DNA of 64,000 nt. Origin: a virus. Positions within the stretch are counted from its first letter, which is position 1; every line of letters starts with the position of its first letter. The notes under the pieces were generated by a model that worked only from the letters and a program-made list of their open reading frames with translations, did no database searches and was not told where the DNA came from. Location: IMG/VR virus record IMGVR_UViG_3300044712_000083, positions 50,192 through 114,191 of that record; one strand, given 5' to 3'. A program made the position numbers and the translations under genes. This document shows positions 55,619 through 64,000 of the stretch, in pieces.

Positions 55619-58201
55619 TTACTTGGATTTAGAGCCTCTATTACGAGCATTAATCTTAGCAATCTCTAAATCGTTGTCTTGATTTTTCAAATCTGTAGCA
55701 ATCTTCTCACGTTCGATTTGCATCTTCTGTGCATCAAGTCTTGCTTTACCTGCAATCTCTGCCATCTTAGCATCGTATTCTTTCGAAGCTTTAGATTGTT
55801 CTGCTGCCAACTTACTCATCTCTAATACATCAGGAGTACCAGATGTATCTACATCAGATAATGGTCCTGCTTTAGATTCAGCTGCAATCATTGCAATCTG
55901 AACTTTATTCAAACGATCTAGTTCTGCTTGATAGTTATCATTAGCAATCTTCTCAGCTTGTAATTGTTTAGCACTTTCAATAGCAGCTTGAGCTTGTTGT
56001 TGCTGTTGCTCAATTTGTTGCTGCTGTTGTTGCATCTTCTGATCTTCAAGTTGTTGTTGACGCTCTTTAAGATCTTTAAATACTTTCTTCATCTCACGTA
56101 CAGAGTTCGTGCTGTATAGTTCAATGATATCATATAATGAACCACCATTCTGTAGAACAGCTTGAGATAAGCTACGAATCTCATTGAACATTTGCTTATC
56201 TTCTGGACGATTAGTTAAGAATACTTTAAGGTCACGGAATCTAAGATCTGTTCCATTCACTTGCACAAATGCAGACTCACCTTCAGATGTAATATATGAA
56301 ATAGTTGATTGAGGCTTTTGAGATTCTACATATAATGAAGCATCAATGATTGCTTGGTATAACTGACCTAATACATACTCATGTGCCACAAATAATGGCT
56401 CTGTTTGCGAGTAAGATTGTGTAATGGCAGTATTTGTACCTGTAGCAGTTTCAGAGGCTGAGACAGAGCCTAAACGCTGTTTAGACATACCAATTAGTTC
56501 CCAACACTCGTTCTTTAACTGCATAGCTAAATTATAACGAGATTGGATCTCCTGTGTACGCGTAAGGTCAATATCACGGAACTGATTAAATGATGATGGA
56601 GACTTTAAGTTCTCAGGGCTGTCATCAATAAATACAACACCACGATTACGTGCTTCCATTTCCCAAACATCCAATGCATCTTGTGCATCTCCATCTTTAG
56701 GAACTGGTACGTGACGAATAGAAGTTAAATACACCTTACCAACCTCTTTCTCTAACAATTTGTACAATTGGTTCATACAAACGTTATAAAGAACCTGGAA
56801 TGGCTTCATTAAGTCTACAAGAGACTTAGCCTCTGTGTTCTTAACCTCATGTGTAATACCAATGATTGGGCAGTAGTTTAATAACTTGAATGGTTTGATG
56901 TGGTAAACATCTGGTCCAATCTTTACACCTTGATACCATTGGTTAATCCATCCCCATTCTAACGATTGTTCTGTAGGGATAGTTCCTTTCTTATAGTTCT
57001 CGTCTACAAGCATTGATTGCTCGTTACCCATTTCATCTAAGTAGATGAGCTTACCAATCTTCTTCTTAGAGATCCAATAACAACGTACAACTACATACTT
57101 ATATCCAAATGAAGAAACGTTGTTTGTTAAGCCTAAGAAGTCTTTCAAACCATCGTTATTCTCCTTCATCTCTGATTCAATGATCATACGTGTTTGTAAC
57201 ACAGCAGGATCATATGTATCGTATTGTACAGAGTCTGTACCTGGAATAGCATCTGGATTACCTAAGTTAGATTCACGAACGTTAATCAAACCATAGTCTT
57301 GTAATGAGCTGCGAAGGTGATCAATCTCTTCCTTTGTAATGTCTGGAATAGATTCAATAATCTCTGACAATTCCATAACTTGTACAGTACCAGCAGCATA
57401 CGCACCTTGAGCACGTCCTGTTGGATCTGAGATGTATTTACGATCTGGTGTAGTTAAAAACCAAGTGTTCTTTGGGTTAGCCACCTCAACATTAAATCCT
57501 AATTTAGAGTTATCCTCATAGATGTGGTAGAACTCACGAGCAGAGATTAACATATCACGGAATGCATCTTCTGATTTTTCCTTTATAGTGAAGTCTGCTT
57601 TGTTAGCTGTAAGAACATGGTTAGCCCATTTCTCTGCTACAGATGTATATGAATCAAGCTCATCTTGAACTTGTTGCATAGTCATCTGCTGTAATTCCTC
57701 AGGATCAATTTCTTCTCCTCGTTGTAAAGCTTGTTCTTGAAGTTTTGTCTTAACTTGATTGATTACAAATTCATTCAATAAATTTGTTTTAAACTGTAGT
57801 TCTTCTGCTCTAGAATCATCATCAAATGCTTTAACACGGAAAGCATCAGGACGCTTGGAGATCTCGCCTACAAGCTCATTTATTGGGGTTGTAATAATAG
57901 AATAATGTTTTACATATGCTGGTAAAGCTAAGTCAGCTGTAAGCATATCTGTAAAACTTCTTACTTCTGGTTCTTGGTAGAAATCTTCTGGACGCAAGAT
58001 ACCCTTCACTAGGTCATAGTTCTTAACAAACGTATCACGATTCTTGATGTATTCCGAATAAGCTTTATTCGCAAAGTAATCCATCGTATTCTTGATCCAA
58101 CTCTCATCTTGCTTCTCCTTATCAGTTTTAAATTGATCAGGGAAGATGTTCAGATAGGCGTATCTGATAGTTGCATCTTTCGTATATCTAATAATTCCCA
58201 T
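55619..58201 (-). CDS. Portal protein
   Basis: HYSIITTPINELVGE, SLVDLMKPFQVLYN, IGMSKQRLG, and a Gln-rich C-terminal coiled coil. Immediately downstream of the terminase gene (TAATG). Confidence 0.9.
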   Translation of the reverse strand: MGIIRYTKDATIRYAYLNIFPDQFKTDKEKQDESWIKNTMDYFANKAYSEYIKNRDTFVKNYDLVKGILRPEDFYQEPEVRSFTDMLTADLALPAYVKHYSIITTPINELVGEISKRPDAFRVKAFDDDSRAEELQFKTNLLNEFVINQVKTKLQEQALQRGEEIDPEELQQMTMQQVQDELDSYTSVAEKWANHVLTANKADFTIKEKSEDAFRDMLISAREFYHIYEDNSKLGFNVEVANPKNTWFLTTPDRKYISDPTGRAQGAYAAGTVQVMELSEIIESIPDITKEEIDHLRSSLQDYGLINVRESNLGNPDAIPGTDSVQYDTYDPAVLQTRMIIESEMKENNDGLKDFLGLTNNVSSFGYKYVVVRCYWISKKKIGKLIYLDEMGNEQSMLVDENYKKGTIPTEQSLEWGWINQWYQGVKIGPDVYHIKPFKLLNYCPIIGITHEVKNTEAKSLVDLMKPFQVLYNVCMNQLYKLLEKEVGKVYLTSIRHVPVPKDGDAQDALDVWEMEARNRGVVFIDDSPENLKSPSSFNQFRDIDLTRTQEIQSRYNLAMQLKNECWELIGMSKQRLGSVSASETATGTNTAITQSYSQTEPLFVAHEYVLGQLYQAIIDASLYVESQKPQSTISYITSEGESAFVQVNGTDLRFRDLKVFLTNRPEDKQMFNEIRSLSQAVLQNGGSLYDIIELYSTNSVREMKKVFKDLKERQQQLEDQKMQQQQQQIEQQQQQAQAAIESAKQLQAEKIANDNYQAELDRLNKVQIAMIAAESKAGPLSDVDTSGTPDVLEMSKLAAEQSKASKEYDAKMAEIAGKARLDAQKMQIEREKIATDLKNQDNDLEIAKINARNRGSKSK

Positions 58202-60225
58202 TATGTAAACAGTTTATTTTTTCTTGATTCTGAAAATAGACCATTACTACTTCCAAATAATTTATTACTTTTTTTCTTAGAGTACATAGCTTGAATCCTA
58301 GCATCTCCTCCTGCACCAACTCTACCCATAATAGGATCAAGTTTCATAGCCATAGCTACTGCAAGTTCTGCTGCAATGATACGGTCAAAGTTACCTTCTT
58401 CGTTATATTGTATCATTTCTTCTAATAGTACAGGATCAAAGATTTTCACCATACCTTTTATCTCAGATATAACTTCTCCCTGCTCATTTGTCTCCTTCAC
58501 AATTGTTTCTTCTGTGTATTTCTTGAGACATCCATGTAAGAAATCTCTAATCTTTTCAGAAGATCTATGTATACCATAGTCACGTCTCACTGTTGTATTA
58601 GGTACAACTTCCTTCAACCACTCTGGTTGTTTCTCTAAATAGTGAGCATCATTCTTAGAAATCATGTAATCAATAAACGACATCTCATCATTCTCACATA
58701 ATGTTCTAGCATTATAGAACTTAATTAGTAATCTTGCCTGTTCTTCCCATGTTTCCTTCTTATCTGGACGTGCACAATAGGACGCAACAAACATATCTTG
58801 GTACTTTTCATTGGTGATTGAGTGCATGCGCTTATATATGTACACAGATCCCAAAGATGTTGAATATGCAGCTTTACCTTGGCGGTATGGATCGACTCCT
58901 GCTACATATAATCCATATGGTGGTGCTTCTACAGGAAACTCATATATCACTACAGGAGCATCTTTTAAGTCTGAATTCTTTAGAGGGAAGTTGGAGATAG
59001 GTAGCTTGTCTGTGAATTCATGCTTAACACCATCTCCATCATCATATAGCACTACAGGAGTTCCAGTACGCTCTTGAGATAAGAGTCTGGCCTTCTGTCT
59101 TTTGGCTCCCTCTATATCAAAGATGTTACTGTCCTCATTTAAGAATATATCATCTACTTCTTGTGGATAGTACATCTTCTCTTTTAAGTAGGCAATTCTA
59201 TCACCTGCTTTCTTGAGTCGCTCTAAATTTTCGTTGGTTATTTGTGTGGCTAATTCTTCATCAGAGACTAGCATTTTTACGTTATGAAGGTCGTCACCTG
59301 TAGGTTTATCTAGATATGCACCAAGTGTTGATTCATACTTGGCTTCCATTCTAAACTTATGTGAGATGAACAATCCATGTACACGGTGTTCATCTTTTGC
59401 ATTATTGTATTCTAAGAAGTTATAGTTACCTACATCGAACATCAAGGACTTTGCGTCCATGAATTTCTTCATATCCCCACCAGTTCCTGTAAGAATCGGT
59501 GCGCAGCCCCAGCCAAAGGGTGTTGTGAAACCTGGAACAGCCGCTTGAAAACCTCGTAGGAAACTACCCTTACCAATCTCATCTATAATTAATCTTCTAG
59601 GCTTTGTACCTGCAATAGCCTCTTCATTATTACCTTCGTCAAGGTTACGTATTAATATTTGTGAAAAGGGGATACGTTGTCCTCCTTTTGTTTTTACACC
59701 TAATGTTACTTGATTCTTCCAGTTATCCTCAACCCTTTGCCACTGCCATGCTGCAGGTAAATGGTTAAGTCCTTTGTCAATCTTATCTGTAATCAGCTTT
59801 ATATCGGCTGCATTCAGACCAGCAATAATGTTTTGTGAGTTCTCATCAAAAGTTGCCCCGTGGGAAACATATGATGCCTCTAGAACTGACTTAGCAAAAC
59901 GTCTGATTCCTAGAATAACTAGTCCTTTACGTTCTTTCTGAGCTCTATCAATCTCTGTTGATACCACCCATTCGTTATCTCTTAGTGAAGGATTAGCATA
60001 CTTCTGTGCAATACGTCCATATTCATCAATAACGTCCACTTCTGTATGCCATGCATTCAAATGCCAATACAAGAATGGGTTAATATATGTGTCTCCCATC
60101 ATGGCACCGTTCTTACACAGCTCCTCATGGAATGCAAAGAAAGCGTCATACTCCTCGGACTCTCTGTCTGGAAGACGCTTCTGGTTCATTAACCAATCCT
60201 TATAGTCTATTTTAAGCAGTTCCAC
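58201..60225 (-). CDS. terL: Terminase large subunit
   Basis: Walker A-like GIRRFAKS, Walker B LIIDEIG, motif III TGTGG, and nuclease motifs YVAGVDPY...CEND...NFDR. Confidence 0.92.
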   Translation of the reverse strand: MELLKIDYKDWLMNQKRLPDRESEEYDAFFAFHEELCKNGAMMGDTYINPFLYWHLNAWHTEVDVIDEYGRIAQKYANPSLRDNEWVVSTEIDRAQKERKGLVILGIRRFAKSVLEASYVSHGATFDENSQNIIAGLNAADIKLITDKIDKGLNHLPAAWQWQRVEDNWKNQVTLGVKTKGGQRIPFSQILIRNLDEGNNEEAIAGTKPRRLIIDEIGKGSFLRGFQAAVPGFTTPFGWGCAPILTGTGGDMKKFMDAKSLMFDVGNYNFLEYNNAKDEHRVHGLFISHKFRMEAKYESTLGAYLDKPTGDDLHNVKMLVSDEELATQITNENLERLKKAGDRIAYLKEKMYYPQEVDDIFLNEDSNIFDIEGAKRQKARLLSQERTGTPVVLYDDGDGVKHEFTDKLPISNFPLKNSDLKDAPVVIYEFPVEAPPYGLYVAGVDPYRQGKAAYSTSLGSVYIYKRMHSITNEKYQDMFVASYCARPDKKETWEEQARLLIKFYNARTLCENDEMSFIDYMISKNDAHYLEKQPEWLKEVVPNTTVRRDYGIHRSSEKIRDFLHGCLKKYTEETIVKETNEQGEVISEIKGMVKIFDPVLLEEMIQYNEEGNFDRIIAAELAVAMAMKLDPIMGRVGAGGDARIQAMYSKKKSNKLFGSSNGLFSESRKNKLFT

Positions 60226-60550
60226 TACGTTCCTTTAAAAACTTATCAGCTTTAGATCCTAATGTCGATCCACCTCTTACTTCTACCTTAGCCTCCTCTT
60301 TCTCACGAAGTTTATCTACAACCTCTAATAAGGCTAAATAGTTCTTCATCGTCTCTTGAATGAATTTACCTTGACTCTCAATAGAAGCAATCACCATAGG
60401 TAACATGCCTCCTTTAGCTGTAGGTTTCCATTCAATTCTATCCTTGAGCTCGTGCATTGGATTTGCATCCACATATGCTCTCCAGGATTTCAATTGTTCT
60501 TCAGCCCATTCGAGCTCTGTATTAATGTATGTAGTTTTCTTCAGTGCCAT
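60212..60550 (-). CDS. Putative terminase small subunit / helical protein
   Basis: Overlaps the terL start and ends in a KVEVRGG-containing tail. ATG at 60550 preferred. Confidence 0.45.
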   Translation of the reverse strand: MALKKTTYINTELEWAEEQLKSWRAYVDANPMHELKDRIEWKPTAKGGMLPMVIASIESQGKFIQETMKNYLALLEVVDKLREKEEAKVEVRGGSTLGSKADKFLKERSGTA

Positions 60551-60839
60551 TTTTTCTATTTCTATATAATTCGAGATATCTCTTATCAAGTTTGTCTAAT
60601 TCATCGATGCTTATATTAAGATCATTTTGAATTTCTGTCATGAGTTCAGATAAATACTCCATTCTCATTCTCAAACTCTTTTGAATATTTAGCTCAATGC
60701 CCATCTTTCTGTGTATCTCATGATATTCATCTTCTACATTTTCTGTGTTGATGAACTCTTGTATAATCTCACAGCTATTGCTTGGAGTACAAGTAGGAAC
60801 ATTTTCATAATCAGTTATGATATCTTCGTAATCTTCCAT
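60522..60839 (-). CDS. Hypothetical acidic coiled-coil protein
   Basis: ORF in operon context, preceded by the AACTACAT motif. Confidence 0.55.
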   Translation of the reverse strand: MEDYEDIITDYENVPTCTPSNSCEIIQEFINTENVEDEYHEIHRKMGIELNIQKSLRMRMEYLSELMTEIQNDLNISIDELDKLDKRYLELYRNRKNGTEENYIH

Positions 60840-60863
60840 TATGTAGTTGGTTTATATTGTAGT

Positions 60864-61151
60864 CTAGTCTGTAAAGTCTTGGTAATCGTCCTCATCTAGT
60901 ATTGTATCTAGATTCATTCCATCCTTTATAATCTTGTCTATTTCTGTATCATCTGGATGAGGGATGTCTTGCATTAATTCTGCCTTGTATTTAGACAGTG
61001 CATAGACAATCTCCCTATCTGTCATACCCCATATATCTTTATATTCATATAGAGCAGTTGCCAAATGTCTTCCTAGGTTATATCTAGGAAATGCTTTCTG
61101 TAGATCATCTAATATCTTTAAAGCTTGTTGGTATGAGGTTAGAGGTTTCAT
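60864..61151 (-). CDS. Hypothetical protein
   Basis: ORF tightly packed in the operon. Confidence 0.6.
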   Translation of the reverse strand: MKPLTSYQQALKILDDLQKAFPRYNLGRHLATALYEYKDIWGMTDREIVYALSKYKAELMQDIPHPDDTEIDKIIKDGMNLDTILDEDDYQDFTD

Positions 61152-61156
61152 TGGTT

Positions 61157-61423
61157 TTAAATTAAATCGTTGATGTCGTCCTCGGAGAACTTACTATCCT
61201 CCTCGTTAAACTCGACATCTGAGATGCTATCATGCATACGTTGAAATTCATCTGAATCCTGCATCTCTTTGCACATGTATTCTTTCGTAAAAATGACAGA
61301 TAGTTTCCCATCCTCATCTGAGTTGACTAAGTCAACATAATCCACTCCTTTATTATATAGATCTACAAAGACATCTATAATCTCATCTAGAGAAACTTTC
61401 TTAATTAATATCTTCTTAGCCAT
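61157..61423 (-). CDS. Hypothetical acidic protein
   Basis: ORF tightly packed in the operon. Confidence 0.6.
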   Translation of the reverse strand: MAKKILIKKVSLDEIIDVFVDLYNKGVDYVDLVNSDEDGKLSVIFTKEYMCKEMQDSDEFQRMHDSISDVEFNEEDSKFSEDDINDLI

Positions 61424-61715
61424 TGTTTACGTCTTTTTTTAATTCGTTTTCTTCATCGGGATTTGCTACGACAGCCACCCATTTATTTTGTGGACATGAA
61501 CATGATAGACATGCTGTTTTTGCTTCTAGATTACATCCACAATCTGTACAATGATTATCTGGTCTGAGTGGTGTATTGTGAAACTTAGAATGAAATGGAC
61601 ATGTTCTACATATGGACAAACGTTCAAAGCTAACATCTTCAATTGTCTGCTTTAACTCTTGGGAAGGAATTAACTTATTTCGCCATCCCTCATATATTTG
61701 GCTGAAGTTAATCAT
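61416..61715 (-). CDS. Cys-rich zinc-binding protein (DUF6171-like)
   Basis: RLSICRTCP...CTDCGCNLEAKT...CPQNKW. Confidence 0.65.
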   Translation of the reverse strand: MINFSQIYEGWRNKLIPSQELKQTIEDVSFERLSICRTCPFHSKFHNTPLRPDNHCTDCGCNLEAKTACLSCSCPQNKWVAVVANPDEENELKKDVNNG

Positions 61716-62064
61716 GATTTAGTTTTGGTTTTAATTGTTCTATTTGCTTTCTCATAACACGGATAATCTCTTCAAGCTTCTTTCTCCTATTATCCGTTAC
61801 GTTATTCTGTTCTAATTCCTGTGTATACACCTGAATCTTATTCAATAAATATGCCATCCTCTTCTGAGCCTTCTTATCATTAAACACAAACCTTCCAAAC
61901 CCAGAAAACTCTATTGACTTATTTGTATCTAAAGCTTCATTTGCTGATAAGAACTGATGAGCTATTACAGCATCAACTATCTTCTCTGGAATGGCTATGT
62001 CTACGGATAGTATCCTAACCAGATAATCCCTAACAGACATACTATTCGGCTTGTTGTACTTCAT
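61708..62064 (-). CDS. HU/IHF-like protein
   Basis: Helix-helix N-terminus and SIEFSGFGRFVF motif, with the arm region replaced by a coiled coil. Confidence 0.65.
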   Translation of the reverse strand: MKYNKPNSMSVRDYLVRILSVDIAIPEKIVDAVIAHQFLSANEALDTNKSIEFSGFGRFVFNDKKAQKRMAYLLNKIQVYTQELEQNNVTDNRRKKLEEIIRVMRKQIEQLKPKLNHD

Positions 62065-62416
62065 GCTCTATAGAGATTTCTAGTTTAATGTCATTATTGA
62101 AATTAAGAAGTATCACTGGATTCACCTTTGTCTTTGTACCATCCTTTACCAACACACCAATCTTCTTTAACTTAGAGATCATGTTATTAATGGTTGGAGA
62201 GGTGCTGTTATGCTTAGCACAAAACTCTTCTCTAATAGAAGAATAAGAAATATTCCCATGTATAGCTGTAAATGCTACCAATTGTATTTCTCTCTGTGTA
62301 AGACGTAAGTCATTCACTGTAGATAGCAAACTGTAATACTTCTCAGCCATAGAATAGTTACTATCTGTAACTCTCTTTAACCTTTGAACAATAACCTTTT
62401 TCTTAACTTCTTCCAT
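62042..62416 (-). CDS. Winged-HTH DNA-binding protein
   Basis: LTQREIQLV...SPTINNMISKLKKIGVLVK...KVNP. Confidence 0.7.
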   Translation of the reverse strand: MEEVKKKVIVQRLKRVTDSNYSMAEKYYSLLSTVNDLRLTQREIQLVAFTAIHGNISYSSIREEFCAKHNSTSPTINNMISKLKKIGVLVKDGTKTKVNPVILLNFNNDIKLEISIEHEVQQAE

Positions 62417-62452
62417 ATGTAGTTGGCATTCTATAGAATTATAGACGCTATA

Positions 62453-62602
62453 TTAAGAATTATATTTGGTAATTACAAATGTTAGGGTAAATATTATTAC
62501 CGAGATAGATAAACTATAGACAGAATGGTTATACATTCTTCTACTCTTATAGTGTATACCAAGGGAAAAGTCTGTTAACCTATTAATAGAAAAATAGATC
62601 AT
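62453..62602 (-). CDS. Probable 49-aa protein (3' part of the 119-aa track ORF)
   Basis: MIYFSINRLTDFSLGIHYK..., the first ATG downstream of the 62642 promoter. Confidence 0.4.
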   Translation of the reverse strand: MIYFSINRLTDFSLGIHYKSRRMYNHSVYSLSISVIIFTLTFVITKYNS

Positions 62603-62641
62603 AATGAAAAGGATTTTATTATAGCCCCCCCCTTCCCCCCC

Positions 62642-62672
62642 CAAAGGTAACTGAAGTTTTTGGATTTGCAAA
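62642..62672 (-). promoter_or_regulatory. Consensus Bacteroidota sigma70 promoter heading the late module
   Basis: TTTG-N19-TACCTTTG, an exact consensus match. Confidence 0.75.
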
Positions 62673-62842
62673 ATTTTTGTTGGAGGTGAAAATTGGAAAA
62701 ATTTTTTAGGATGGGGGTAGGTGCTATGTCCATGAGAGGAGAGGGTACTTCTAATATCAACCCCTCCTAGAATTGGGATGGTTGCACCACCCCCCCGTGA
62801 ACGAGTGTTCACGTGGAATTTTTCACTTTCATTTCATTCAAT

Positions 62843-63226
62843 ATGAAAAATTTAGTTATTACCTCTGGTAACTTCTCCAAGGGAGAAGGTTCCCAAGGAA
62901 ACTTTGTTGGCTACTCTTCGTTAGGCCAAAAAGTTTTCATCTTCGCAGCGATGCTCGATGCTCTTGGCATTACTGCCAAGAAACCTTTTGACTTTGCAAA
63001 AGGTTCACTTTACGTAATTGCGGAAGACCGCACTTACGAGAATGAAGATGGCTCTTCATTCACTCGCTTAACAGCTGCTCGTGTCTTTAAAGACAGAGAA
63101 GCTATTAAGCAAGCTCACGTTGAAGCTAACGCACTCAACGTGGAGATTCAATCTGAGATTAAATCCGCAGCTAACGCCGCTGGATTATCCCAGAATGAAT
63201 TAGCAATGATTCTCGCTAACGCTTAA
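62843..63226 (+). CDS. Hypothetical protein, first gene of the plus-strand module
   Basis: ATG at 62843 preferred, biased codon usage, and its own terminator. Confidence 0.7.
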   Translation: MKNLVITSGNFSKGEGSQGNFVGYSSLGQKVFIFAAMLDALGITAKKPFDFAKGSLYVIAEDRTYENEDGSSFTRLTAARVFKDREAIKQAHVEANALNVEIQSEIKSAANAAGLSQNELAMILANA

Positions 63227-63233
63227 TCATTGA

Positions 63234-63260
63234 AGAGAGAGGGAAACCTCTCTCTTTTTT
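63234..63260 (+). terminator. Rho-independent terminator
   Basis: AGAGAGAGG-GAAA-CCTCTCTCT followed by a T-run. Confidence 0.85.
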
Positions 63261-63416
63261 ATATATAAGTTAACACTTACACACTAAAAAGTTTTTTTCT
63301 CCTATATATATAGAAAACTTTTGTGAATGTTTTAATGGTGAGGTGTAACCCTTATATATAGAATGCGTTGTTGTTTTTTATTGTTAATTATCAAACTGTT
63401 TAAATTATATAGCATT

Positions 63417-63638
63417 ATGAGTGAACCAATGTATGATTATATGAGAAAGACTATGTCTTCTATGAATATAAACTTTCCTTTCTATATAGATAGAGTTATA
63501 GTAGATGATGACTATTGTATATCATATAAAGGTTGTTATTATGTTAGAGATAGAGATGGTTTTGAACGGGCTTATTCAGCTTGTACAGTAAAGAATTATT
63601 CACCGATGATTAATGGGGTTGTTCTTCAGCCTCATTAA
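63417..63638 (+). CDS. Hypothetical small protein
   Basis: MSEPMYDYMRK...; ATG 63417 preferred over 63363. Confidence 0.5.
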   Translation: MSEPMYDYMRKTMSSMNINFPFYIDRVIVDDDYCISYKGCYYVRDRDGFERAYSACTVKNYSPMINGVVLQPH

Positions 63639-63670
63639 TTGTTTTTTCCAACCTTATAATATATAAAGAC

Positions 63671-63832
63671 ATGAATTTATTAGAACAAGCACAAGAAATA
63701 GATATAAATGAATGGTGTTCTCTATCTAATGCAGAATACATTAATCAATCACGTCAAGATGAACTTGGTCGTTATTGGGTTATCTATAAGACTACTGAAG
63801 GTCAGTTAGTCAAAATACATATGTTTTCATAG
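63671..63832 (+). CDS. Hypothetical 53-aa protein (not in track)
   Basis: MNLLEQAQEIDINEWCSLSNAEY...KIHMFS*, followed by the hairpin AGGGAGA-ttagt-TCTCCCT. Confidence 0.55.
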   Translation: MNLLEQAQEIDINEWCSLSNAEYINQSRQDELGRYWVIYKTTEGQLVKIHMFS

Positions 63833-63882
63833 GGAGATTAGTTCTCCCTTTCTTTTAAACCTTTTAAATATTTCACACACAC

Positions 63883-64000
63883 ATGAAAAAGTTATTATTA
63901 TCTGTAGCTATTGCTACTACATTGTTTTCTTGCTCTCCAAGAGATAGAGCTGTTAAATTAGCTAATGGTTCTATTGTTAGAGCTGAAGTCACTAATGATG
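63883..64000 (+). CDS. Predicted lipoprotein (truncated by window edge)
   Basis: MKKLLLSVAIATTLFSC is a signal peptide II with lipobox LFS-C. Confidence 0.65.
   Translation, partial: MKKLLLSVAIATTLFSCSPRDRAVKLANGSIVRAEVTND

Noticed and set aside
59885-59915. Non-canonical terminase Walker A (GIRRFAKS) as a sign of inactivation
   Set aside because: The Arg, Lys-Ser, Walker B and nuclease motifs are all intact. Deviant Walker A sequences are common in terminases.
11280-60225. Inteins, self-splicing introns or homing endonucleases in RNAP, MCP or terminase
   Set aside because: ORFs are uninterrupted, and no intein termini or LAGLIDADG/HNH motifs were recognised by eye.
104-60899. Many short plus-strand and nested minus-strand ORFs in the track (e.g. 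6213..6812, 38523..38927, 55237..55632)
   Set aside because: They are shadows of long, motif-bearing minus-strand genes. The Val-rich 38523 ORF is simply the antisense of Thr/Ser codons.
62603-62812. 5' part of the 119-aa ORF 62453..62812
   Set aside because: It runs through the promoter and homopolymer tracts, giving Gly runs. Only the part from ATG 62602 is plausible.
1-64000. Stop-codon reassignment as in some crAss-like phages
   Set aside because: Genes are intact under the standard bacterial code. TAG (5753, 47923, 48986, 60864), TGA (51505) and TAA all end genes at sensible boundaries.

Overview
This is a contiguous, AT-rich segment of a crAss-like (Crassvirales-type) podophage genome. 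The host is probably in Bacteroidota: (T)TTG-N19-21-TAnnTTTG-type promoters are present and no Shine-Dalgarno motifs were seen. About 62.6 kb is one minus-strand late/virion module. In transcription order it holds small regulators (wHTH, HU/IHF), terminase, portal, scaffold-like protein, major capsid, adaptor/ring and auxiliary capsid proteins, small Thr/Ser-rich decoration proteins, a metallophosphoesterase, a second HU/IHF, ring proteins, an apparently split muzzle gene, five large cargo/ejection proteins (including a 4448-aa virion RNA polymerase with the DFDID motif), a tail fibre and lysis-type membrane proteins. The strand switches at about 62.7 kb into small plus-strand genes. All three stop codons are used, so there is no sign of recoding. 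Main candidates for new biology: (1) a 1887-aa polyvalent cargo protein whose ART, Cys-His amidase-like, lysozyme-like and zincin domains are separated by repeated (F/Y/M)xxGG and GGWLDKY tags, with xxxGG tags also found in the neighbouring cargo protein; (2) a NADAR ADP-ribose eraser fused to the virion RNA polymerase, alongside two ART-like domains in other cargo proteins; (3) a muzzle gene split in-frame by mucin-like and Cys-rich modules; (4) an anticodon-less tRNA-like RNA element just downstream of the major capsid gene; (5) shared promoter-proximal palindromes and an AACTACRT pre-start motif; (6) a G8-AA-G8 tract at the strand-switch promoter. All family assignments come from motifs and synteny recognised by eye; no database search was run.
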